From NCBI GenBank assembly GCA_051362555.1, contig CM120647.1:13926651-13990650 (forward strand): a DNA stretch of 64,000 nt, written 5' to 3'. Position 1 is the first letter of the stretch; every line of letters begins with the position of its first letter. The notes beneath the pieces were generated by a model that was not told where the DNA came from, ran no database searches, and worked only from the letters and a program-made list of their open reading frames with translations. Below, piece after piece: positions 54,115 through 64,000 of the stretch. The translations under genes and the position numbers were made by a program. This DNA comes from Lingula anatina (taxonomy: Eukaryota; Animalia; Brachiopoda).

Positions 54115-55702
54115 CACGTCGGTTAAATGAGGCGAATAGCTTAACACTATAGCAAGGTCAACACTCTAGTCCTTTATTTTTCAGATATTGTGCAAATGTC
54201 CTAGAATTATTGAGGACATCCCTTCATGACAATGTGTTATAAGCTTTTGAATTTAAACAGATTGGTTATATTATGGGCATCTATTACAGGTAACTGATAC
54301 ATATGAACAACTACCAGAAGCTTATGCTAAGGGGAAGCACACCAACATAGTCGCCGTCGGGAAGATGGGGACCGGAAAGAGCTCCACCTGTAATATGATG
54401 GTCGAAAAAGAAGGGGTTTTCCGAGCAGCTTTTTCCTCGGACGCTGTAACGAAAGACCTGTCATCGCACTGTGCTAATGTGGGTGGCCGTGATTTGCGAC
54501 TCATTGATACTCCCGGCCTCTTAGAGGCTGTGTCGACTAAGGCACGGTTAGATATTCTGCAGAAGCTGGCGAATTGTATTAGTTTGCTCGAAGGCGAGGA
54601 CGGTATCGACGTGTTCTTGTTTGTCATTCGCTGCGACGAAATGCCATCTCAAGAGGAATTGGGCGCCGTGATTCAGCTAGGTACGTTGTTTTCGGAAGTC
54701 ATTTTTGAATATATGGTTGTTGTAGCTACTCACAAGGACGAACTTGAGAACAACGGAAAATCAACAGAAAGTTTCAGAAGCAATCTTCCCGACAAAATGA
54801 AGACGATCCTTCAGAAGGCCGGTGACAGGATGGTGTTCATCAACAGCGTCACTAAAGACGGGAGAGAGCGTAGAGGCTACATAAAATCCATCATACGTCA
54901 CGTTGATGACATAGCAAAAGCTCATCAGGGTGAGAAATTCTCCCATAATGCAATCAACGTAGCACGCGACAAGAGACAAGTGCTGAAAGCAAAAAACCCT
55001 AAATTGAGTGATGTTGCTATACAAAACAAGTTGGAAAAAGAAGTCGAGCAATACATAACATCACAGTACTACTGTTTCGACGGCTCTTCCACTGTGCGAC
55101 TTAGCAATGGGTCAGTCACACCAATGGCCAAACTATCTCCCGGTGACAAGGTGCTTTGTGTTAGGGACGATGGCTCGGTCGGATTCGAGGAAATATTCTG
55201 CTTCGGCCATGCGGATTCCAACTGCCAGACTATATATGTCCACTTGGAGACCTCAACTGGGCAACGCCTTATCCTCTCTGAAGGTCATTATATCCAGGCT
55301 GTCTCCAAAACTTCACCGTTCCCATTTTTCCTGAAAGCCGCCCGTGATATCCGAGTTGGAGATGCGGTGTTCGTTTATCACCCTGCGACTAATGCCATGT
55401 TTATGGATGAAATTGTGGCAACAGGCAGTAAGAAAGTCACCGGAGCCTTTTGTCCCCACACCATGAACGGCACCATCATCGTCAATGATATTTTGGCGTC
55501 GTGTTACACCGACGCCGTAGAGCCCCTAGTGGCGAGAAAATTGCTTATGCCAGCCTGGTTCCTGTACGAAATGCTTCCACTGCGTGTGTCTGAGCCAGTG
55601 CTAAAAGATGGCGTCTCAAATGCCTGTAAACTTTTAAGCGCGACGAAACAATATTTTTCACGTGTTTACTACAGCAGCGCATTCAAAAACCATTATTATT
55701 AA
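52403..55702 (+). CDS. Stonustoxin-like MACPF/CDC - helical - AIG1/GIMAP GTPase - Hedgehog-type Hint fusion protein (gene D, 860 aa)
   Basis: Three phase-0 exons: 52403-52771, 53254-54054, 54290-55702. SNTX-like motifs IGDGYNF, PTHYVSSLAYGG, GKPMLAKIAPL. GTPase motifs GKMGTGKS, SSDAVT, DTPG, THKD. Hint motifs CFDGSSTV..LSPGDKVL..LSEGHYI..GAFCPHTMNGTIIVNDILASCY. Confidence 0.88.
55073..55699 (+). other. Hog module: Hint domain (55073-55507) plus SRR-like tail
   Basis: Begins at the predicted nucleophilic Cys652 (YY|CF); block-B SEGH; ends ASCY as in Hedgehog; followed by the amphipathic VARKLLMPAWFLYEML. Confidence 0.9.
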
Positions 55703-57298
55703 CTCAACTTGTCTTGAAAGAAGGGAAACTCAGCTGATAATTAAGATTGATAAAATGCCATCTCTATGTTCATGTACGTAACCTGCGACTAGAGTTCAAT
55801 TCTTGTACGACTAAGACTATGCTGATAAAGTTTAATTTAGCATATCTCTATTTTATATCTGTTCATTGCGTTCAATTTGGACATTGCTATTGGCAACATT
55901 TTATGATTTGATTATGTGATAGTGTTGTTATTACACAGTATATACCTATTAGTAGAGCTTTTGGAAAAGAGAATAGCACAAAATAGCCCCGGCCCATTCT
56001 GCTTCCTCCTCCCCCATGCACACATCAGTGATTGCTTAATTTTCACGATTCCTTCTTGTTATGGTGTGTATCTGAAATTCTTTTTTAGAATTTGTATTTT
56101 TGTACATAGGTATTTTATCTTTGAAAGTGGCAGACACGTTTTATCCTTTCTATTTGAGGCAACATCAACATTAGAAATTCCACTGTATGCCAAACCGTGT
56201 TCATCAGCGTCAGACAATTACAGTTCCTAAATCATGATATAAGTCATGGTGAAATTTCATAATGTTTCATACTACAATCATAGTTATGATTACATTATAC
56301 TTTTTCATTAGACGGGCGAAAATCTTTTTGGTAGAACGTTTTTCTTATCCAGCTGAATGGGTTGTACGACTGATGTTATGGGATGGAGATGTGATTGATA
56401 TTGCACAAGTTAATATTTCGTTTATTTAGATTTATATCCTATGTATTAAGATTTGAAGGACATTTACAGTGTTATTGACGATATAATAGTTTATTATTAT
56501 CATTATAATTATTATGTCTGAACACTTAAAGGTCAAACAATGTGAATTCTTTAATGTTTTAACAAATGATGCGACTCATTTTTGTAATTAAGTCCAAGAG
56601 AATTTTGACACCACAATATATGGCACGACCAAAGGTATTGGGTTAAGAGATTTTTTGACGATTTCTAATTTTTCTGGAGAATATAGCAACTTTTTCCTAC
56701 CCACGTATCATTTATTAATTGCCTGGTCCAACTATTCAGCTCCCTTTTTGTAAAAAAAAAAAACTGTTTTTTTCGTTCTTGAAGTGTCTAAGATTGGAGA
56801 GATCTTAACTTTTCAGAATATTTAGCTGTATATTTAACTTTTTTTAAATTTTGAACGCGTAGATAACTCATTATAAACTTAATAATTGAAAAAAAGCAAA
56901 ACTGTAAAGTTTGAATAATAAATAAAATTTAATTGGAGATGAAAAGCACAAAGAGATTTCATTAATGTTCATATTATCTCTAAACTTGCAGCACATCAAC
57001 TTCCCACAAGCAGTATATTTGCCTAAAAGGCGAAGTACTGGACTTGTAGCTGTTATAAACCTTTAATACACGTTTTGTAACACGTTTAATGCACGTTTTT
57101 GTTATTCTATAAAGCTAGTTAAGCAAACGAAACAATATGACATATGACTAAACATATTTTTTAATTTCTTTTCTTATGAAATACTGGTGTTGTCCTCAGT
57201 TCTGATCAATTTTGAAGATTAATTTCTTTTGTAATATTAAGGGATCATCACAAGAAAGAATAGTTTAATTTTGAAAGCTGCCAAAGCTTGCTCAACTG

Positions 57299-57459
57299 CA
57301 GGGCCGTAGCCTGAGCAAAATGCCAGGGGGGGCAGTAAGCGGACATGAGGGGGCGAAGCCCCCCAAGGGGGGGGGGGGGTCCCCCTATCACGATGTGGAA
57401 AATTCCAAATTCCAGGGGGGGCAGCTGCCCCCCCTGCCCCCCCGGAGGCTACGGCCCTG
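57299..57459. mobile_element. hAT-like MITE with 5-bp TSD
   Basis: Perfect 14-bp TIR CAGGGCCGTAGCCT / AGGCTACGGCCCTG; AACTG directly repeated on both flanks. Confidence 0.85.
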
Positions 57460-57690
57460 AACTGTGAGTGATATTGGTCTTATGATAATTTATCTGCCCC
57501 AGAGATTTCCCTGTATTTTCCTCTGACACCATGCGCGACCTTCAAAATTCATTTTAGTTTATGATCACTTGAGATTTCCATGATTTCTTTTCAATGGAGT
57601 CAAACTACCGAAGTGATCAATTCACAGTTTACAACGGTTTTTGTTGCACACGGGCTTTTGTTTGTCTATGGCATCATCCATTACACATGG

Positions 57691-58968
57691 TCACTTTTGA
57701 TTACTGACGACAACTTTGACCCACGTGCCAACTTTGGAGTCCACATCTTCAAAGTCGACAACGAAGAAATCATCAAAGTCGTTTCCTTCGTTTCCAGACT
57801 GTCCATTAGTGAAATATTCAAGCACGGAGATGTACTGGTAGATGTCCCACAACGAGGCTTCCTCCTTTAATAAAAAATATACAGCAGACATAAAGGCTGC
57901 AGTCATATAAATAATAATAATAATAGTAACGCTTTCTATTTATTTTAGATGATATCTAAAATATTTATAAAACCTTTACAAATGTACAGAAAAAATAACA
58001 AAATAACCAGAATAAACAAATTAAGAAAAAATAAATATCAAATTTGCCTTAAAAATCATTTTACCAGTGTCCTAGAAACACTTGGGGAGAGGAAAAATAA
58101 TGCCCAGCCCATTTTTCTGGTATAAAAAGCATTTGAAAGAATTGTAGCAATCATTACCTTCAGAATGCACGGTTTTTCTTGTTCACGCATAATCTCTCGG
58201 ACCATTCCTCGCAGGTCCTCCAAAAAACATAGTATGCTATTTGGTTCAGCAGTGCCGACTAAACAAACACGATTTCCTGCCAGTTCTGCTTTCTCCTTAA
58301 AAGTCTTTGGTAGCGAATCCACGAAATTTTGCTTTTGTTCACTGTTGAGAGCTGTTCTACCGTCATGGATAAACACAAAGATGGCCCTCTTCAAAAATGT
58401 CCCGAAGAATTTATCTTCCAAGAGGTCTATAGCCTCTATTTCTGTTGATCTGACTCTTAAGTTATATCTTAACACGTATAAAAATGTGTCGACTTGCTGT
58501 ACACCTTCTCGTTGGCGACGGATGACCTCTACGATGTGCTCTTTGGTAAAATCTAAATCTCCAATTCCAGGGGTATCTATAAGTGTTAATTTCCAAGTGT
58601 CATTCGCAGAGCTTTTTATGTCTCCATGAAGTACACAGCATTCGGTCTGGTCGGGGGAATCTGATTGGGCAAGAAGAGCACGAGCCAGAGACGTTCTTCC
58701 GTGCCCCTTTCGACCGACAAGCATCACGCTTAAGTGTTCAATGTAATCTGAAAAATAATACAAACACAAATCCATTTATCATAAATGGAAATTATCAAAT
58801 ACAGACCGAAATATTTTTCTGGTCTTACCTTGGCAAGGCAAGGGAAATATATTAACGAGAAGAGGGAGAGGGAAAGGGGTATCAAAATATGGAGCCAGCG
58901 ATTTACAAATAGCGAGAAGATGGTGGGGAGAAAATATGAAAAATGAAAAATATTTACCCTCTCTATAA

Positions 58969-59004
<36 letters not shown>

Positions 59005-59422
59005 TATTTGTGCACACATTCACATGCTTCGGTTAAATAGCATTAAGCGTCGTTGAACATATACATGCCATTATCTGAATGTAATTTAAGCACTGCTTAA
59101 AACAAATATTCAGGTTAATCGAACAAATTGCCTTGCCCAATCCTGTCCTAGTAGATCATAGTTCACAATATATACATGTAGGCCTATACATCATGTAAGC
59201 ATTATAGGCCTACTATCATAAATCGTCCTACTGCACACACGCTTGGTCTGTCTTCTATTGTGATCATTATGTTATATATTATAATGCGTCGCACTGTACG
59301 AAATGATGAATGTAATGCACAAATTAAAAGCATAATGCAATTATTTTAAACAGATTTAAGTGATGATAATGTGTTAACAAAGGAATGCACTGCGTCTTAC
59401 CATCAGCTGTAGGTTCCGCCAT
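57691..59422 (-). CDS. AIG1/GIMAP-family GTPase E, degenerate P-loop, acidic tail (261 aa)
   Basis: Exons 59422-59401 (MAEPTAD), 58747-58158 and 57864-57691. G1 GRKGHGRT, DTPG, VDTFLYVLRYNLRVR, G4 position IHDG; tail EEASLWDIYQYISVLEYF...NDFDDFFVVDFEDVD. Confidence 0.85.
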
Positions 59423-59848
59423 CTTTGTTATTTACGTCTGTGACCTTTCAAAATATTGCTTCCTACAGTACATGCGCCAATGCATACAACATCGACCCCG
59501 TTAACGGTACAACCGCATTATCAGGTCCAAGGCAGCGATGGGGCCTATATTAGCCACGTGGGTTTACGTTTCATGGAAGAGAGACGTGATCTTTTATATC
59601 TAACAACTACTGAGCTATGAAAGCGAAAGTACGTCAAATGAAAGGTGTTATTTTTCGTATTATGCACATAGCTAACTTTGAAGACAAATAATGTCTGTAT
59701 CCATAAATATTTACGAAATATTACAAATAGCAGGTTTTCTTTAACGATTAACCCACGTGCACTCTTTAATTGACATGGCCAATGTCACGATGTTCTTTTT
59801 GATAAGTGCTACCACCTATCGCCATATATACATATTAACGTATTATAC

Positions 59849-60089
59849 CAGTGCTGATTTAAGTGGGGTGTCAGGGGTCCTGTCCCCCCTCTTCGATTTC
59901 TGAAAACAATTACGCCAATATTAGACCCCTCTTGAAACTAGAAATTTATCTAGCTGAATCATAGTTCTTAAACCCACCAAATGGCACCGTTCGCCCTCTT
60001 AAATACCAAACCGAACCCCACGACTAGGAGGGAAAGGGTCGGCTTTGCATCCGCTGACCCCCCTTCAAATAATCCTGAATCCGCCTTTG
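59849..60089. mobile_element. hAT-like MITE, relative of 37892-38176
   Basis: Shares ttcgatttctgaaaa, ctcttgaaa.tagaa, ctagctgaatcatagt, aaatggcaccgttcgccctct and cccttcaaataatcct.aatccgcc. Confidence 0.7.
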
Positions 60090-61073
60090 ATATAATGCTG
60101 TACTTTCTCGTTCCATGATGCCCGCGTTTTATGTCTAGTTTTATTTTATTTATTTATTTTTTGGGGTGAGGGGGGCATAAACTGGTATAAATATATATTT
60201 TAATTAGGACAATGAGACGTGACCATCGTCGATTGGCCTAAACGCGGTGGCAGTGGTGGAATTTAAACCCACGCCTCAGCATTAACTCCATTTAATTCAC
60301 TAAGTGAATTGTTGCTTTTAATATCGAGGTTTTCGACAGAGTGACAGTGACAAGCCCCACAATTAGCACAGTTACAACAATTTACACCTTGCAATCGGTC
60401 GTAAGGTACAGACTGCCACTGACAGAGTCATGTACACATTTACATATTTGAGTGTTCGGTAAGAAGTGTTACACGGTATTATTATTATCATCATTATTAT
60501 TTTTAATGTTGCTGTGGTTGTTGTTACTATTATGATATCATTGGGCTTTTCACTTTGATTTTTTTTTTTTTTTTTTTGTTTTTCTTTTTAATGTCTTTCC
60601 TCTTTGACTTGAACATTTATTTTCTTAATTGTGTTAGGTGGGACACCTCTAACCTAGCACAACTGACATTATTCTGCTTGTTATCTGGGGCTACAGCAGA
60701 TAAAGCAATCATTTTATATGTCTTGAAAGCGTCTGTACAGTGTGTGCGATTGTGTAAATAAATGTCTTTGAGTATTTGTGTACGTTTCTTTTTTTATTTA
60801 TTTTAAATTTGTGTAGAAACGTGTACGTATGTGCGCACCTGCTAAAGTGAATGCATAAAAAATAAAATATGCCTACGCGTGATGAGGGCTTTGAAATCGT
60901 TGAGACATTGGAGAGTTTATGTTACTCATGCTTTATTTTAAATGTTCAGTTCAGTAACCATTCACATCGCTTATGTCAGTACAGTAAATGGACTAGTCAG
61001 CAGGTCAGCATGTCAGCATGACAGCAAGCAAGCAAGCAAGCAAGGTACATAATCTAAAAAAAAAACAAAACAA

Positions 61074-61116
<43 letters not shown>

Positions 61117-63396
61117 AGGAAACTATATAAATACTTATGCATCAAATACATAGGCCTAAGTATAATTTACTAGATATATGGAACATTACATTACATTAAT
61201 TCGGTTATATATAGCGAGACTTGAAATTTGCTATATCTATACAGTAAACAGAAATGATATGAAGTTTACCTTATAATGCAATAATCATAATTAAAACGTT
61301 ATATACTGAATTACAGTAAGGGTTTTGCAGTTGATAATTAAACCAATGCGTTCTCATATTATCATTTATCGTACTTCATATTAATTACCACACCCTACCA
61401 GGTGCTCTATCTTATATACACGGTACCTATTTTTTCATCTTTATAATTTATACAGAAAACTTATAAATACACATTTGATAGTATAAACACTTACATTATG
61501 ATTTCTCCCTTTGAACTGTTACAATACACTATACTACGTTGGGAAATACGGTTAGCTGCAGGAGAGACCCTTCTTGTACGGATTCTTGTAGCGTTATGAC
61601 CCAGTAGCATTCAAATAAGCGCGCTACTCACACAAGTAATGAAAACTACTCATAACTGTTATAGCTAAAACAAGGAATCTGTACTTACACCTTGTTTATA
61701 TAAAACAGGGAATCTGGCACTTACAAGGGCTATGATGTAATATTTTAAGTTTTTACATCATTTGTTTTGATCATGCAATATTTCCAGTTCTGTTTTTTTT
61801 CTACCATTTTTTATTATTCATTCAAGATACATTGAAAATTCTACAGAACAAATGTGTATGTTAAACTCAATCATCATCATAATAATAATCATTATTATTG
61901 TTATGCTATTTTTCACTATTTATTACTATTTGTGTGTAGGGATGTGTCCGCATGTGCAAATTAAAGTATGTTTGTATTTCACATAGCAACACTTGTCACA
62001 TCAATAAATGTTATAAATGTTTCAATAAAAGAAGATAGCGTCCAAGTGAAGAATACAAAAACACAGATAACAAGAATTTCAACATATAGATGGCGCCTAT
62101 GCAATGTACCAATTTGAGATTACCCACGCACTAATAAATGGTCGGCCATATCTGTTCCGCATGAGGGTTGAGTTAAGGCGATGACTTCTAGAGACTAAAT
62201 TCTAGAGACTAAATACCCAGGCCACAGGTTCTTATAAGAGCGACAGGGCCTTGTCAGTTATTGCTGCGGTCAAGAAGCTGGTCAAGAAGATTTGTCCAGT
62301 AGTTGACTGTTAGAGACACACACGCTGAACCCTTGGACCCTCTCCCTCGAAACCAGCTGTCACCCTGATAGAGGTCATCCAGACAGGTCTCTGGTTCTGT
62401 AAAGGTTACAAGTCTTCATAACTATTAAGCAACTGTGAGTAGTTAATTAAAGCCCAAGTAGCCGTAATGAGCAGGAGAATGGCTTATCAAAAACTGGAAA
62501 AAAACAGCATTGTACGCCACAGCCTGCAAGACTATAACGTGTTCATAGTGGGGTACAAGGGACACGGCAAGTCAGCCGCTATGATGAACATTATACGGGA
62601 CAAAAATTATAAGGGAGCCGCGGGCTACAAAATAGAGGAGAGAACGCACGAGAACTGTACATTCTATGATACGCCAGGTTTCGGCTCACTGGACACAACG
62701 GACTCGCACGTGCTGCGCGTGATAAACGCAAAAGCCCACGCGGTCGGTGAAGTACACGCTTTGTTATTCGTGCTGCGTTATTGGCGCATCACAAGCTCCG
62801 TGATTACTTTAATACAACAACTTAAGGACGCATTCGGGTCAGACTACCACACGCGCACCATCATAGTCTTCACCTTTTCTAACCATGAAGCCGACCTGAA
62901 GTTAGACGAATATTTGGAGGAAAGTCCAAGGGATTTCCAGCATTTAGTCCGGCTGTGTGAGCACAGAGTGATCATGTTGGAAAATTCTGACTACCAGACT
63001 GGGGAAACTGCTGCCTCACAAATTGAGGACATGATAACAAACAGGATGCATTCAGAGCCGTTGGTAGTTCCATGGTCCAGAGTAAGTGGTTTTTGAAAAA
63101 ATAGCGAGGTCAATATGTAGAAAACAGATAGAGTAATGAATAAGCTCAAAAATATGCGAATGTATGAATGGGTGTGGGTGTGTTTTTGCGTGTATGGAAG
63201 AGAAAGAGAGGGAGACGATGAATGAAGTAGAAACGTCCCGTTTGAACTATTTTTATGATAAGGAAACTTTTCTGGGTGAGACAACGTATGAACCGACGAG
63301 TGAATGAATGAATAAAAGCACAAATAATTACTCATTTTTATTTGCCTATGAAAAATTATAATCAACAGTAACAGGACCAACGCTTGTGCAATTCAA

Positions 63397-63438
<42 letters not shown>

Positions 63439-63519
63439 TATCTCGTTCCAGTGTTACACGTGTCTGTGGGCGTGTCTGGACCTCGTGGTGTTCGTGATTT
63501 CCAGTGTATGGCAGGGCCT
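59849..63519 (+). repeat. Segmental duplicate of ~37.9-41.1 kb (GIMAP A and its upstream region)
   Basis: Collinear shared blocks: the MITE, ttgtgttaggtgggacac..ctagcaca.ctgacattatt (39208 and 60629), ~400 bp of proximal upstream sequence, the CDS, intron segments and the start of exon 2. Confidence 0.85.
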
Positions 63520-63556
63520 CTCGCACGAAAACGCAGTAGATACTCCAGCGCAGTAG
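62467..63556 (+). CDS. AIG1/GIMAP-family GTPase F, recent paralog of A with a replaced C-terminus (239 aa)
   Basis: Exons 62467-63081 and 63452-63556; same motifs as A; tail CYTCLWACLDLVVFVISSVWQGL-SHENAVDTPAQ*. Confidence 0.85.
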
Positions 63557-63800
63557 ACTACTGCAATCATACTGCAAACATGCTTCAAATCTGCTTCGAT
63601 TTGGGAGCTAATTAGCATATTTGAAACATGCTTCTATCATGCAGCTAATCTACTGCATTAATGCTCCTCCCTGTACAAACCTATGTACTTTTGGAGTAGA
63701 ATTGCAGTAGGCTATATTGCATTTCTACTGCAAATATGCTCCTCACCACTACTGCGTTAATGCTTCTTTGCTACTTCGATACTACTGCATTTTGTTATAT
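63520..63800. mobile_element. Unclassified insertion interrupting GIMAP F exon 2
   Basis: Homology to gene A stops abruptly at 63519. The following sequence is rich in direct and inverted GCAGTAG/CTACTGC and ATGCT motifs, like a transposon subterminal region; the other end is not seen. Confidence 0.5.
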
Positions 63801-63804
63801 TTTC

Positions 63805-64000
63805 TATTCCAAGTCTTGTGCCAGGCTTTTTTTTTTATCCCAGGCAGTCGAAAAGGGCAAATCTGGCCACTGAGGATCTAATAGTTATATATCAATCAAT
63901 AATTAGATCAGTCCTAGAATATGCATGTCCTGTGTGGGAGCCTGGTCTTACAGCCGAACAATGCGAATGCTTAGAATCTGTTCAAAGGAGAGCTTTTAGA
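63805..64000 (+). mobile_element. LINE (CR1/L2-group) reverse transcriptase C-terminal fragment
   Basis: RQSKRANLATEDLIVIYQSIIRSVLEYACPVWEPGLTAEQCECLESVQRRAFR, a typical non-LTR ORF2 post-RT motif; frameshifted at a poly-T upstream; truncated by the window edge. Confidence 0.85.

Noticed and set aside
54365-55702. Calling the Hint-containing ORF a hedgehog gene or a true intein
   Set aside because: No Hedge signalling domain or signal peptide; ends in ASCY plus an SRR-like tail rather than His-Asn followed by a C-extein nucleophile.

Overview
AT-rich, intron-containing animal DNA, probably invertebrate; no prokaryotic features. Left half (1-30.7 kb, minus strand): one very large type II membrane mucin-like gene, reconstructed here by hand from splice sites. 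Its order is cytoplasmic N-terminus, TM helix, SEA domain (GSVIV motif), Thr-rich stalk, second SEA, two EGF domains, then a coding tandem array. The ~2.5-kb repeat filling 1-18.6 kb is not a satellite: each unit holds 7 exons that splice in frame into a 370-aa module of two 6-Cys domains I do not recognise plus one EGF. There are 7 full modules plus part of an eighth, about 3450 aa in the window, and the gene runs off the left edge. Two inverted copies of a 1.66-kb TA-flanked non-autonomous DNA transposon bracket three of its exons. Right half (39.9-63.6 kb): six AIG1/GIMAP-family GTPase genes. Five are small, have partly degenerate G motifs and carry a separate C-terminal tail exon. The sixth (52403-55702, 860 aa) is the standout: a stonustoxin-like MACPF/CDC domain, a helical region, an AIG1 GTPase and a Hedgehog-type Hint domain with an SRR-like tail, with no signal peptide. 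It is a candidate self-cleaving, possibly self-lipidating, GTPase-controlled cytosolic pore-former. Several MITEs, Helentron-like repeats, microsatellites and a LINE fragment are also present. All domain calls come from motif recognition by eye, not database searches.
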